Positions 9,701 through 20,700 of a stretch of 64,000 bases of DNA are shown piece by piece; within the stretch, counting starts at the first letter, position 1, and every line of letters starts with the position of its first letter. Both the position numbers and the translations under genes were made by a program. Origin of the DNA: a virus. Taxonomy: Duplodnaviria > Caudoviricetes. Under the pieces are notes generated by a model. That model was not told where the DNA came from. It was given only the letters and a program-made list of their open reading frames with translations, and ran no database searches. Location of the stretch: positions 64,001 through 128,000 of the IMG/VR virus record IMGVR_UViG_3300021133_000001. The stretch is one strand, 5' to 3'.

Positions 9701-11678
9701 CATTAGTAAAGTTATTTCTTCTAACTTCTAAGAAACTGTATGAACTATCTGAAGTATAAACAATAAAATTATAATAATCTGGTGCACTATACGGAGACTT
9801 ATATGACTTAAAGTCTCTAATAACACCCGGTACATTACCGTAGTTATATGTAGAAGATAAATCTGTATAAGTGTTTGAACCAGATAAGAACGTATTACAA
9901 TATGGGAATTGTAGAAAATCTCCTACCCATTCGATTAATTCAAATTGAGGTGTCTTTCTTATGGTTTTAGTAATACCGTTTAAATAACTAAAGTTATTAT
10001 CAAGCTTAGTTAAAGCAGCATTAATGTTATCTGCAGTAACCCATTCATTTGAACCAATCTCAACATCGCTTTGAGTGTAAGGCAGTACTGGAACTGTTCC
10101 TTCTAATGTTTTAGCGTAGTCAGCTAAACTAATCTCTGGGAAAGTGTCTTGTACGTAGAACTGCGCGCTTAAAGTAGCAGTCATTAATGGTATTACACCA
10201 GGAACTGCAGGTTTACCGAAATCGGAAGATTGAGAGTAAGCAGAAAGAGTAACTGTATAAGGGTTATTTCTAGCTTTCGTATAAGAATGTGTAAAATATA
10301 TAACCCCGTTAGAAGTTGTAGATGTATCTACTCTATCTGGACCTGTATCATCCCCCCAAGTTACAACATAATAAGGATAACCAGATGGGTGATTAGCATA
10401 AGGAGGTACTGTTTGTATCCAAAATGGTTGATTGGTTTTTAAGAAAGTGTATGGGGTATACAGTTTAAGAGGCGTTGCAGCGGCTGTTAAAGGGTTAGTA
10501 ATAACAGAGAAATCTATAATAGTATCTATTATATTAGAGCCATATGGGGTACCAGCCGTAGATGGGTCTATTTGACCGAAACCAATCTCTGGCCCATAAG
10601 TTGGTATACCAGTTGAAGCCAGTAACGTGCCGTAGTTAGGGTTTTGAAAGCCCTGGCCGTTTAGTCTGTATGTAAAGTGTTTGCTTATAGTAAGCGGGTT
10701 ACCATTTAGGTCTAAAAAGTCTGAATATCTTAAATATGTATTGTTTGCATTACCACCGGCAAATAAACCCGTACCGTAATTACCTACATCTGGACCAAAT
10801 ATGTTAGCATGGTTAGAACCCTCAACAATACGTGCAGTACCTGCAGCACTTAGGGTTGTAACTGGAATCCAGCCTGTTCCTTGGTTATCCATAGAAACAC
10901 TTGCTGTAAAAATTGGGGTAGCATTAGTAGGGGTATAATAAAGATTTATGCTATAAACTGTACCGGAAGTGCTCTTATCTCCTGTATAAAATGAGTGTAA
11001 AACATTACCATCAACATCATACAACTTAACTGTAGTGCCTTTAGGTATAGCGTTACCGTTAATGTCAATAACGTTTAATATAATAGGTTGATTTACACAG
11101 TTAATAAACTGCGCTCCAATAGTTTGCTCATATGTAACAGTAGAAGTAGGTAAAGACATATAGCATATGCCTTGAATGTACTTAAAGCTATTAGAATCTG
11201 GGGTAGGAGAGGGAAAAGTTGGAGCTGTTTGCGGTGTAGATGGTTGTACTACAGCGGCTGTAATGGTTATGTTATATGTTTGGCTGCCTTTATTACCTGC
11301 ATTATCTGTTACATTAATAGTTACAGGGTAAACTTTTGCAACAGCATCACTTGCTACATTACCTTCTAATATATTTGAAACTAGTGAAAGACCTTTAGGT
11401 AATGTAGTAGAATCTACTGAAAATGTGTACGGACTAACACCACCTGTAGCTGTGAATGTTACAGAGCTATAAGCTGCACCCTTAACCCCGTTATTTAAAA
11501 CAGAAGGGAAAATAGTAATAACAACACCAGTAGGTTTTGTAGAAGGTGCATTTTCATCTATACTTAACGCAATATAAGAAGCATTACCAGGTATGTATGA
11601 GTATGTAACTGTACTAGTATACCCGTTTGTACCGGTATAGTTAAAAGTAACTGGATTGTTGGTTATACTAGTTGCCAT
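6708..11678 (-). CDS. Large virion structural protein with Ig-like (He_PIG/PKD/I-set) and NHL-type propeller segments
   Basis: ATGGVSPYTFSV...LPKGLSL, TWGDD...HSYTK, VYVADKSNNCIKVYN, YQWFYNG...DIGYYSC. Confidence 0.75.
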   Translation of the reverse strand: MATSITNNPVTFNYTGTNGYTSTVTYSYIPGNASYIALSIDENAPSTKPTGVVITIFPSVLNNGVKGAAYSSVTFTATGGVSPYTFSVDSTTLPKGLSLVSNILEGNVASDAVAKVYPVTINVTDNAGNKGSQTYNITITAAVVQPSTPQTAPTFPSPTPDSNSFKYIQGICYMSLPTSTVTYEQTIGAQFINCVNQPIILNVIDINGNAIPKGTTVKLYDVDGNVLHSFYTGDKSTSGTVYSINLYYTPTNATPIFTASVSMDNQGTGWIPVTTLSAAGTARIVEGSNHANIFGPDVGNYGTGLFAGGNANNTYLRYSDFLDLNGNPLTISKHFTYRLNGQGFQNPNYGTLLASTGIPTYGPEIGFGQIDPSTAGTPYGSNIIDTIIDFSVITNPLTAAATPLKLYTPYTFLKTNQPFWIQTVPPYANHPSGYPYYVVTWGDDTGPDRVDTSTTSNGVIYFTHSYTKARNNPYTVTLSAYSQSSDFGKPAVPGVIPLMTATLSAQFYVQDTFPEISLADYAKTLEGTVPVLPYTQSDVEIGSNEWVTADNINAALTKLDNNFSYLNGITKTIRKTPQFELIEWVGDFLQFPYCNTFLSGSNTYTDLSSTYNYGNVPGVIRDFKSYKSPYSAPDYYNFIVYTSDSSYSFLEVRRNNFTNDRVALLSAVVPGNDNINIYTADVSGNNLYVLASDTYPYGITSLYRFGLNYNAGSATATIINQIGGAKPDGTGGVLTDQYYFGAGQNYTDVPTDIKLYNNQVYVADKSNNCIKVYNSALTYVNTIYTSALTGYEITPFDIDQNTGNILMLGTLKAPNAPVIVSVQTSAVDAATTQYAVTWDHDGLRLASVFGVSANFTIYGEVEGNGGNYLEIDNFYSPAVNLDNPPRLTKYIFDSTQNYVSFVVQAMSMYGAGYDSAPSSPLVTPNQDVFPSPYKVFVFDTNNNLLNTLEVPEVPANAKILKLLIEPTGVFYYIVTSEYIYKYTTTGLFVNRINSPSYNNNALNEPIVTAFIDDRSYFYVATGTRLFKFIDLPSTSTLFDIDKIGNQYTLLSAYTIGSDELIQDWVYNKSLNAVLKNHEILAKSIAGKYVITVDQSNNLVSFDTRQLSASDVINSLSADESNFVHVNEILSSAVINRVIDRIYNIQTAILSAVTPEYVVQPPSYINNLLGRTTAASAYTYYQYIQPQPIVTEQPGLVAVTAGQDATFTFGVSSAGGPDSIYGYQWFYNGMPIETLAASSSTYTVLSAQLTDIGYYSCSAADAAGVVYSNGQGYLDVTLETLFAFASAAAIGNLYSALPNSLPSRYGNDYNFKFNVLNAPLSASLIINLCETYGASPWYFANSVYVTINQDTTPILTTSTSNSSIFVLPLSTYLTTDSNTVQPDGYPGTYSGKFSVDLSLGSITAGHSIVPRVVASVSEGYLYDTNFTNGLSAGPLGMSTGTLTVYKLSGTAAYAGISNNSLGGYINNNPYISHTWSIDGVPSSTYPNNPVLQLTPASLTSSTLTVNRTTCPGETEVTLGYSRTIPVTVAAPRYTITTQAAVIGKGNGFVTGGGTYIAGSIATIRNVGTYLTAYGSIPGCTTHSGASKGSPLIVDGPGCWDVGIYPLGGDGSVHYTGGNLTVKEDPASFGNESAASTSIATVYVDGNKTITAYFEKND

Positions 11679-11917
11679 TATGGTAGAGCTGAAAAATTAG
11701 AAGGTGTTTGCGGGTTATACACTGGTGGTGGTATAACACCTGGGGTATTATTGACTGAACCTGTTGAAGAAACTAAACCTGGTGCTATAGTTGCAAGCGC
11801 TTGTAAACAATCTGCTTTTTGCTGTGGGTTTAAAGCAGTACTACCGGTAACTTGCGCGACAATATCATTATACGCATCGTTATAGTTGTAATATGTTGTT
11901 GTTTGAAAGGTTGTCAT
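11678..11917 (-). CDS. Hypothetical small virion-associated protein
   Basis: 79 aa, translationally coupled on both sides. Confidence 0.7.
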   Translation of the reverse strand: MTTFQTTTYYNYNDAYNDIVAQVTGSTALNPQQKADCLQALATIAPGLVSSTGSVNNTPGVIPPPVYNPQTPSNFSALP

Positions 11918-11918
11918 G

Positions 11919-14900
11919 TTATTGCCAGATTATTTGATTTAACTGCGTGTAAGCAGGGGTCGTTTTACTTAATGAAGATAATATGTTTTTCTCTATAATA
12001 CTTCTAATACCTGGATCGGTAATATTAGAGTTTTTAATTTTAATATTATATAAATGAGATTTAGCACCAGGTAAACGATGAGGGAAGAATCTATCTATTT
12101 GTTCTATATAATAACGAGTGCCTGCAGGAGCAGCCCAAGTTAAATCTGAATAACTGTTTAAAGTAAAGCGTCTTTGTAGTGCAACAATATCAGCTCTTTC
12201 TAGAGCTTGAAAATAGAACCGTACATCTGCGATGGCTCCGTTAAAACTGTAAGGATCTATTGTTTGCTTAGTAAACTCAGATAATGTTTGAGTTTTAAAG
12301 CTAGATGTACCTACTACTAAGTCTACATTGTTACGCTGATTGTATATCCTGTATACACCTGCAGAAAGATCTCCAACAGAGGTACTTGTTGCTAAATTAC
12401 CGTCAACGTACAGATTTAACATGTTGTACGGATCAATACTAATAGCAAAATGGTGCCAACCAGGCATTAAAATAGATGAGTTGTAGTTTAACTGATAAAC
12501 TTTATTATCTCTCTTTAAAGTAGCTGTATTATTAACGTTTGCTTTTACTGTTAATAATGTCTTACTGTTATTCTGTATGTAATTGTATTTGCGCTGATAA
12601 TCATAACCGGTAGCATCACCAATTTGAGTAATATAAAGTGGCGCTGAACTTAAAGTACCATACATGGCTGTAGTAGCGTTATAAGTTGCTAGTATCTTAC
12701 CACTTAATGGTTCTACCTTAAACACGTTTTGTGTTTTACCATCTATAACAACTGCATTGTATACAATAGAATTAGAGTTAGGGTCAAGCTCTGCAGAGAA
12801 ATTAATAATACGAGACGAATTTCTAGGTTTACCGTTAACTGCAAATACTTGATCGCTTGTCAAGCTGATATCCCATATTAATCTACCGTAATTGTCTAAT
12901 TTGCATAGATTGCTACCAGATAAGCCACCGTATAACAACCAAAGATTGTTTTGGTGATCACATGCTACATATTCTGCATGGTAAGCAGATAATATAAACT
13001 GTGGGCTGTTAGTATTAAGATTTCTTACTAATATATCACCAGATAGGGCAAATACTACATTATTACTATCTACTGTACCGCTAGTGGTACCGTTAAAGTA
13101 AGAAATATTACCACTTAAGTCTAAAGCATAACTAGTAAACCCTGCATTTGAGTTACCTGTTAAGAAAGTACCGTTTGGGTCGAACTTATACCAATAAACT
13201 GTGTTATTGTAGTATGTAAACACATACAATTTACGTATATTGTTTTCATATATTAAATGTGCATTCATTAATGCACCTAATAACTCTTGACCACTGCTGT
13301 TATATAAATGAAACTTCTTAAGTAGGGTGCCGTCTTGATCGTATTCAAATACGTCTTTTTGTACGTCTATAATAAAGTAACTTTCATTGTAGTTACCTTT
13401 TAATACGATACTATTACCGCTAGCTGGCGCATTAGTAGTAGTGTGTAATGAAGATAACTGAGTGTTTAAAGTCTGTATCTTAGTTTTATCACCAACCAAT
13501 GTAATGAACGGTGTAATGAGAGGGTTATATTTAAACAAACCGAAACCACCATTATAGAAATTGCCTATAATCTGATCTCCACGAAAATTACTCCAATCAT
13601 TGTTATATGCTTGGAATGCTAGTGTAAAACCTGGTACATATAGGTCATTATCCGTTAAGTTTAACTTAGCATAACTAACTGAAGTATTTAAAGCCTGATC
13701 TCTTGTACCTGTATAAGTTTGAGTTGAGTTACTAACTAAATTATATACATATCCTGCACTTAAACCTGTAACATTGTTAACTAATGGGTTAGTCCATGTT
13801 GTTATTTGATGTGTTAGTGTGCCTGAAAGATTATCAACAACCATTAAGTTATCGTTATCCCCTATTTTATGATAAACGTATAAGCTTTCAGGGCATAATA
13901 CTTGTGTAGTAGGGGTATCCCAAATAACATTAGGGTAATTATTATTACTAGGACTGACCCCAGGAGAATTTAACACTAATGCAGGACCAACTTTGTTAGG
14001 ATCAAAGTACCTATCCATCCATACCGGTTCTGCACCTATATCTGATGCAGATAACCAAGAACAGAATAATGTACCTGGTTGAGAGCTTAAAGCATTGATA
14101 TAATTGCCCCAAGGTGTGTATTTTCTATAATTTGCTTGTTTAACAAATATACGATCTGAACGCCAAGGCGATGAACCTGGAGTCGCACCAGACTTAGCTA
14201 ATGTACTACCAGACAATGCTATATTAACAGCACTTACAGGATAATGAAAATATGTATCCTTATTTTTATAGAAGGTCTGAGCTGCTTGATTGCCTAGATA
14301 ACTTAAATAAATTTTGTCATAACCTTCTTCAGTGTTTAAACCAGTGAAAATCTTATTATACAATCTTGACTGTGCACTTAAAGTAGGGGTTTGAATATAT
14401 TCCGGAGAATAATAATTCTTTAAAGGTGTAATGTTATAATCTAGCTCGTCAGATATAGAAGCAATATCTTCATAAGGAGCTGTAATTAAATAATTGTAAG
14501 GTAGTTTTGAAGTTGCTACGCTTATATCAATACTATTGGGTGTATTGACGTATTTTACGTTACTACTATCACCTACAGATTTATATGCTGTTTCAGTAAA
14601 TCTATTTAAAGTAAAAACGTTAGTATTAGTGTTAAAGCCTAAGAATGTACTTGTTTTTAAATATGTGTTATCAATATCACTAACTACATACCCGTTTTCT
14701 GAGCCACCATTAACAAATAAACTAATATTGTTTTTATAAAGATTATAATGCAGTACATAAGCTGTACTAGACATTCTCAAACCGCCATCTATATTTGTAA
14801 AACCGTTTACATAAGCAACATAGTTATTGTTGTATGTTACAGCAACTGTATTAGCGCTTGTTACGAACGTTAATGTGAATAAAGTAGCTTTAGTAGGATC

Positions 14901-15212
14901 GGTAATGAACTGTATTTTGCTACCACTGTATGTACTTGCAGAAAGATAATAACTGCCTATACTTAAAGTAGATGTAGTTATATAGTTTGTACCGTCAAGA
15001 AAAGAAACAGAACTCAAACAATCCGATAGAACGAGATTGTTAGATAATATGTTTAACGAGTTTTGATTAAACGTTACGTCTTTTGCACCTGAAAGTAACG
15101 GGGATAAACTATAAAAAATCCCATCTGAAGTCGAAAACCCATTGAGAAGGGTACTTACGTTTGAACCGTAATTGTAGGTCAAATTAACAGGGTAAGTACT
15201 AACAATCGACAT
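11919..15212 (-). CDS. Virion structural protein with beta-propeller and LamG/ConA-like domain
   Basis: GWHHFAISI...LYVDG...FNGAIADVRFYFQAL LamG signature near the C-terminus. Confidence 0.75.
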   Translation of the reverse strand: MSIVSTYPVNLTYNYGSNVSTLLNGFSTSDGIFYSLSPLLSGAKDVTFNQNSLNILSNNLVLSDCLSSVSFLDGTNYITTSTLSIGSYYLSASTYSGSKIQFITDPTKATLFTLTFVTSANTVAVTYNNNYVAYVNGFTNIDGGLRMSSTAYVLHYNLYKNNISLFVNGGSENGYVVSDIDNTYLKTSTFLGFNTNTNVFTLNRFTETAYKSVGDSSNVKYVNTPNSIDISVATSKLPYNYLITAPYEDIASISDELDYNITPLKNYYSPEYIQTPTLSAQSRLYNKIFTGLNTEEGYDKIYLSYLGNQAAQTFYKNKDTYFHYPVSAVNIALSGSTLAKSGATPGSSPWRSDRIFVKQANYRKYTPWGNYINALSSQPGTLFCSWLSASDIGAEPVWMDRYFDPNKVGPALVLNSPGVSPSNNNYPNVIWDTPTTQVLCPESLYVYHKIGDNDNLMVVDNLSGTLTHQITTWTNPLVNNVTGLSAGYVYNLVSNSTQTYTGTRDQALNTSVSYAKLNLTDNDLYVPGFTLAFQAYNNDWSNFRGDQIIGNFYNGGFGLFKYNPLITPFITLVGDKTKIQTLNTQLSSLHTTTNAPASGNSIVLKGNYNESYFIIDVQKDVFEYDQDGTLLKKFHLYNSSGQELLGALMNAHLIYENNIRKLYVFTYYNNTVYWYKFDPNGTFLTGNSNAGFTSYALDLSGNISYFNGTTSGTVDSNNVVFALSGDILVRNLNTNSPQFILSAYHAEYVACDHQNNLWLLYGGLSGSNLCKLDNYGRLIWDISLTSDQVFAVNGKPRNSSRIINFSAELDPNSNSIVYNAVVIDGKTQNVFKVEPLSGKILATYNATTAMYGTLSSAPLYITQIGDATGYDYQRKYNYIQNNSKTLLTVKANVNNTATLKRDNKVYQLNYNSSILMPGWHHFAISIDPYNMLNLYVDGNLATSTSVGDLSAGVYRIYNQRNNVDLVVGTSSFKTQTLSEFTKQTIDPYSFNGAIADVRFYFQALERADIVALQRRFTLNSYSDLTWAAPAGTRYYIEQIDRFFPHRLPGAKSHLYNIKIKNSNITDPGIRSIIEKNILSSLSKTTPAYTQLNQIIWQ

Positions 15213-15238
15213 ATAAAATACTTAGTATTAGGGTTTGT

Positions 15239-16084
15239 TTATACTACCTTATCTGGAAAGCATTTTTTAGCATCATCATGCAATAATTGTATATTTTGCA
15301 TGGTGGTAAACTCTTTAAAATGCTCAATAATTGGAGTAACATCTAAACCAAGCTCTATATGCCCTATAAAATAGTTTCTAATTTTATTCTCTAAAGTAAG
15401 CGGATATTTTACACCATTAGGTCTGCCAAATCTATGCATCCATCTCAAAAAAGGTAAACATAAAGTTTTTTTACCAGCTCGGCGATATTTCTCATGTATG
15501 TAACCTTCTTCCCCACCAAAACCTCTAAAATTTGGATTGAAGCCTAGCCAACTATCTTTTCTACAAGCAAATAGCCCTAAACCCTGCGCGGGTATCTCAA
15601 ATGGTTCATTGTTAAGGTTTTTAGCACGTTCATTTGTTGCCCATATACCCCACATTTGGCTTCTCCACACTAAATCAAACTGAGTGGCTATATTTTTTAA
15701 ATCATCATATAACATTGGGCCCTGTAACAAATTACCGCTATCTTTACTTTGATCAAAAAAATCAATTAATTTTTTTATTGCGCCTGACTCTAATAATATA
15801 TGGCAATCAATACACATTACGTAAGGAGTAGTTGCAAGCTCGAATATTTTTGTTCTTATAGCAGTACTGTTATATTCAGTAAATGGTACATATGTAACTA
15901 ATTGCGGAAAAGAATATGTTAGGTTTTTAACCGCGGTACCATGAGAACTATTCGGGTTGTTATCTATTATTATAAATTCAATATCATTTAAAACTTCTGA
16001 ATGATACATACGTATAGCTTGTATAGTAAAGTATACTCCATCATAATCATCATATGTAGTAAAACCTATAGTGAGTTTTTTCAT
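15239..16084 (-). CDS. Glycosyltransferase family 2
   Basis: EFIIIDNN, YVMCIDCH (DxH), GLFACRK, GFGGEEG. Confidence 0.85.
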   Translation of the reverse strand: MKKLTIGFTTYDDYDGVYFTIQAIRMYHSEVLNDIEFIIIDNNPNSSHGTAVKNLTYSFPQLVTYVPFTEYNSTAIRTKIFELATTPYVMCIDCHILLESGAIKKLIDFFDQSKDSGNLLQGPMLYDDLKNIATQFDLVWRSQMWGIWATNERAKNLNNEPFEIPAQGLGLFACRKDSWLGFNPNFRGFGGEEGYIHEKYRRAGKKTLCLPFLRWMHRFGRPNGVKYPLTLENKIRNYFIGHIELGLDVTPIIEHFKEFTTMQNIQLLHDDAKKCFPDKVV

Positions 16085-16129
16085 TCTTAATTATAACTTA
16101 TTATTAGTAATGAATTAAGCCAATATAGC

Positions 16130-16354
16130 TTAGCTGCGTAACTCTATCGTATCAGTGTCTTTTACGGTTAAATAAGTTTTATCCGGAGATAAAATAACGT
16201 TTAGTATGTTATCTTTCTCTGTATAGGTAATTCCTGAAATTACAGTACTTGTACTATCTCTAACTATATAAAGTTTACTAGTAGAACCTTTAACCAAACT
16301 GCTTTTAAGAGCAGTTATAATAGCGTCTTTAGTTTTATCAATCGTAGTTGTCAT
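16130..16354 (-). CDS. Hypothetical protein
   Basis: 74 aa ORF in the operon. Confidence 0.65.
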   Translation of the reverse strand: MTTTIDKTKDAIITALKSSLVKGSTSKLYIVRDSTSTVISGITYTEKDNILNVILSPDKTYLTVKDTDTIELRS

Positions 16355-16365
16355 TTTTTTATATA

Positions 16366-17799
16366 TTAACAGGAGCCGGTAGAACCATATGAAACTGAAC
16401 CTTGTAATATGCTAGCGCTATTATCAGCTGCACAACCATTAAATGTAAATGGACCGCCTTGAGAATCAAAGTAGTATTGTGCACTACCGCCACATGGGGT
16501 CCAGTAGAACTCTACTTCATAATCGTCGCTATCATAGTTGTAAGTAGAATCCACACTTATCGTTAAACATGTCGAAGGCGGTGGTGTTGATGTAGTGGTG
16601 GTTGTCGTAGTGGTGGCGGCATTTACGGTTACATATATACTACCACTGCTTGTAATAGATGTATTTTCAGCAAGTCTGACATAACAAGTCCAAGTACCTG
16701 CATTATTTGTTTCAACAGGGTTCCAAACAAATTGATGTTGATTTGCATTTATGTTGCCTGTTTGCCAACCAGTTATATTACCGCCGTTTTGATACCAATC
16801 AAATTGTGGGGTATAACCATCTGTGTGAGAAACTGTGCAACGTATTGCATATGGACCGACACCAGCTGTATAGGTAGGGTTACCAGACTGCCAGTTACTA
16901 CCATCAAAGTATTCCATAGCTGTAACTGAAATAACAGGTGGTGGGGGTGTAGTTGTGGTCGTAGTAGTAGTTGTGGTAGTAGTTGTTGTAGTAGTAGTTG
17001 TTGTGGTTGTTACTGCAACGAAATTAGCTGTAATTGTACCGTTACCAGTAAGTGTTACTCCGGAAGTTGCATTATTTGGACTTGCTATAGAAACTCCACC
17101 AGTGCTCGTCCAATTACTAAATACATAACCTGTACCTGCAGTAGCATGAATAATATTTGGCCCAGTTTCTGACTGATTAGATGTGTTATTACATTGAGTA
17201 CCGTTTATACAAGCTGTTGAAGAACCGCCACCGTTTGCAGCTACCATAGTAATACTATATGTAGCAGGCGTGGTTGTAGTAGTGGTAGTGCTACCAGCAT
17301 AATTAGCTGTCAAAGTAACTGGCCCGCCATTAATGGTTACGTTTGTTGAGGTACTGGAAGCATTAGCAAAAGTAGCATCTCCAGAAGGAGTAGCTGTCCA
17401 ACCTGTAAATGTACCTGTACCGGTTGCAACTAATGAACCTACGTGACCGACTTGTACACCAAGTATAAATGTACTACCGTCCATAGTACCGTTAACGACA
17501 GTTACAGAATACAAAGGCGGGTTAGTAGTGGTAGTTGAAGTAGTGGTAGTTGTAGAAGTAGTGGTAGTTGTAGAAGTAGTGGTAGTTGCATTAATATCTT
17601 TAAAAACATACCTCATATCAGTACCACCCACTTTATAACCTGTGTTATAGCCTAAATCTCCACCACCAGCTGTTTCATATCTTTGAGCAAAATCCTGACC
17701 GTTTACTTTATAACCAGTATTAGACCCAGCAGTCCCTACTCTTGCCATAAAAACACTGTCAAGATCAGTACCGTTGGAAAGTTTGTAGTTCGAGGCCAT
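16366..17799 (-). CDS. Virion appendage protein: beta-sandwich domains joined by poly-Thr mucin-like linkers
   Basis: Four Thr tracts (the longest over 20 residues); FTGW/FSNW...TANY/F repeat domains; Ig-like WYQNG...GTWTCYV. Confidence 0.75.
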   Translation of the reverse strand: MASNYKLSNGTDLDSVFMARVGTAGSNTGYKVNGQDFAQRYETAGGGDLGYNTGYKVGGTDMRYVFKDINATTTTSTTTTTSTTTTTSTTTTNPPLYSVTVVNGTMDGSTFILGVQVGHVGSLVATGTGTFTGWTATPSGDATFANASSTSTNVTINGGPVTLTANYAGSTTTTTTTPATYSITMVAANGGGSSTACINGTQCNNTSNQSETGPNIIHATAGTGYVFSNWTSTGGVSIASPNNATSGVTLTGNGTITANFVAVTTTTTTTTTTTTTTTTTTTTTPPPPVISVTAMEYFDGSNWQSGNPTYTAGVGPYAIRCTVSHTDGYTPQFDWYQNGGNITGWQTGNINANQHQFVWNPVETNNAGTWTCYVRLAENTSITSSGSIYVTVNAATTTTTTTTSTPPPSTCLTISVDSTYNYDSDDYEVEFYWTPCGGSAQYYFDSQGGPFTFNGCAADNSASILQGSVSYGSTGSC

Positions 17800-20700
17800 T
17801 ATCTAGCTTCAAGTACTTTAACTCTTTCATTTAATGTCTTAACCGCTTCAATTAATAGCGCTGTAAGACGGCCGTAATCAACACCTGTAGCTTCTCCTGT
17901 ATAAACATCTTTACTTACTACTGTAGGTAATACTTCGTTTACGTCTTCAGCAATTAAACCAATATCATTTACCACATCTTTATTATTCCAATCAAAAGTG
18001 ACGCCTTGTAATTTTGTTACAGTTTCAATTGCACTTACAATAGGTGATATATTAGTTTTCCATTTACGAGAAGAGCTTGTATTATATGTACCTGCTGTAA
18101 CTGTTCCTGCTACGTTTAAATTACCTGCATTACTACCATTTCCATTGTTTTGTATATCAACTAGACCGTCATAGTTGATTTTCATTCTGATTGTGTTTGC
18201 ACCACCACCTAAATCCGGACCAGTAGCAAATCTTATGTAACCGCCAGAGGCAGCACCTGCATTAAGACTTAATACGCCCGGTACAACACTACTATTACCT
18301 GCAAAGTCAATTTGCGCGCCATTACTAATACCGTTGCTTTGACCACCTGTGACTGTTAATACCCCGCTATTATTTATATAACGTAAACCTACATAAGAAC
18401 TTACTATAACGCCGTCATCTGTTTGTATACCGTGTATAGATAGGTTACTACCATCCCATCGCATATAACTACTAGAGTTACCGATATCAAACTTAGCTGT
18501 ACCGCTAACATCTCCTAACCAGAAACCAGTACCAGAACCGTAACTTGATTTACCTTGATATACTGCATTTCCACTATTATTAGCTATAGCAACACTACCA
18601 TTAATAGTTAATGTAGATGTGTCCCAAGTTAAGTTGCTACCTAATGAGAATTTACCAGTATTTTCAGCATAGAAACCAGCAACTCCATAGCCACCGGAAC
18701 CAGCCATTAAATATGTACTTGCTATTGTAATGCCACCTACTGAACCGCCAGTTAGACCTAAGCTCTTACCTGTTTGTCCGCTTTGTAAAGCAGAGTTAGC
18801 ATTGTTAATAGACGTTGAAGTTACTTGCGTACTACCACCAACATAAATCGTGCCTTTTACTGTTAAAGTTGAACCATCCCAGTATATTGAATTTGCACCA
18901 GTACCGTTAAATGCAAAAGTACCATCATTCTTTATATATGTGTTAAATGCACCGCTAGTATAATAACCCATATAGGTTTGACCTAAAAATAAACCGCTAC
19001 CAGAAGGAGCTGCATCAATTACTAGCTTACCGTTACTATCGGTCTTTACTTTACCGGATAATGTGGATACGTTACTATTAGCTGTATTAGCAGTACCTAA
19101 AGCTGTACTTGCATTACTATTAGCTGTACTTGCGTTACTATTAGCTGTAGCAATGTCTGTAGCAGCTTGACCTCCAGTTATATTAATAGCACCATTAATA
19201 GTTAAGTAACCGTTTGCCCAGGTTAAGGAATCTCCGTTAGGACCAGATAGGTAAAAGTTACCATTATTGGCCATATACGTTTTCCATGCACTACCATTAT
19301 AATAACCTAAATTATTAGAGCCTAAATATAAACCTGCAGTGCTTGGACTTGGAGTTTTTACGATAGCACCTGTACTATCAGTGAATACTGCAGAAGCCGT
19401 TGGTGAAACCGCGTTATTAGCAATAGTTGTAGCGGTTGATGTACTTACTGCAGCAGAACCGTCTGTTAAATATAAGCTACCTTTAAGTGTCAAGCTAGAA
19501 CCATCCCACCATAAATAGTTTCCTGTAGCACTAAGTGTATAACTACTTGTTAAGCCTGTACTACCTAATAACATATTAAATGTAGGGGTAGAAGTACCAG
19601 CTTTTTTGTACCATTTAAATGAATCGCCTAGATAAAGTACTGCTTGACTTACATTTGAACGATCTGAAGCAGCTGTAGTACCATTTAAAAAGAATGGAGT
19701 ATCTGCTGTACCAGCTGCACTTGGAACACCGGTATATAATGTATTTTGATACATACCCACACCAGCAATAGAGCCGTATGTAGCAGTAATACCACCAGAT
19801 ACGTTCATGTAGTTTGTTCCGCCTGCTCTAAAATACTTTAAGGTATTACCTAATGTAAAATAAGTACGATCTGAAGTGCCGTTGTCGTAGGAACCGTTTA
19901 AATAGAATGGTGTGTCAGCAGAACCAGCAGCTGAAGCAACACCTGTATATACTGCACCTGTAGCAATACCAACACCACCGATGGAACCGTATGTAGCTGT
20001 TATACCACCAGATACGTTCATATAATTTGTACCACCCACTCTAAAATATTTTAGAGTGTTACCTAAAGTCATGTATGTACGATCTGAATAACCATCATCA
20101 TATGAACCGTTAACGTAAAACGGAGTGTCTGCTGTACCAGCTGCACTTGCAACACCTGTATATATTGCACCAGCTGCAATACCAACACCACCGATGGAAC
20201 CGTATGTAGCTGTTATACCACCAGATACGTTCATATAATTTGTACCACCGGCACGGAAATACTTTAACGTATTACCTAAAGTCATATAGGTACGATCTGA
20301 ATGACCGTCATCAACTGTACCGTTTACATAAAATGGAGTATCTGCTGTACCAGCTGCACTAGCAACACCAGTATAAATAGAACCTTGTGTTAAACCAACA
20401 CCACCAATAGAACCAGCATTTGCAAATATAGTACCAGATAGTTGTAACTGACCAGTATCTCCTCTATATAAGAAACCGTTGTTTGGATAGTTACCTACAA
20501 AGAAATAAGCATTACCATCAGTGTAGTTACCCATCCACACTCCATGTGAACCGGATGTGCCTGGCCAATCTGCATTAGCTGTACGAATAAAACCAGCAGA
20601 AAGGTCCCCTACTGTACCTAATACAATACCTTGAGTAACTGATACGTCTTGTGCTAATAATAAGTCTGTAGCTACACTTGCGAAGTTTTCACCAAATGAA

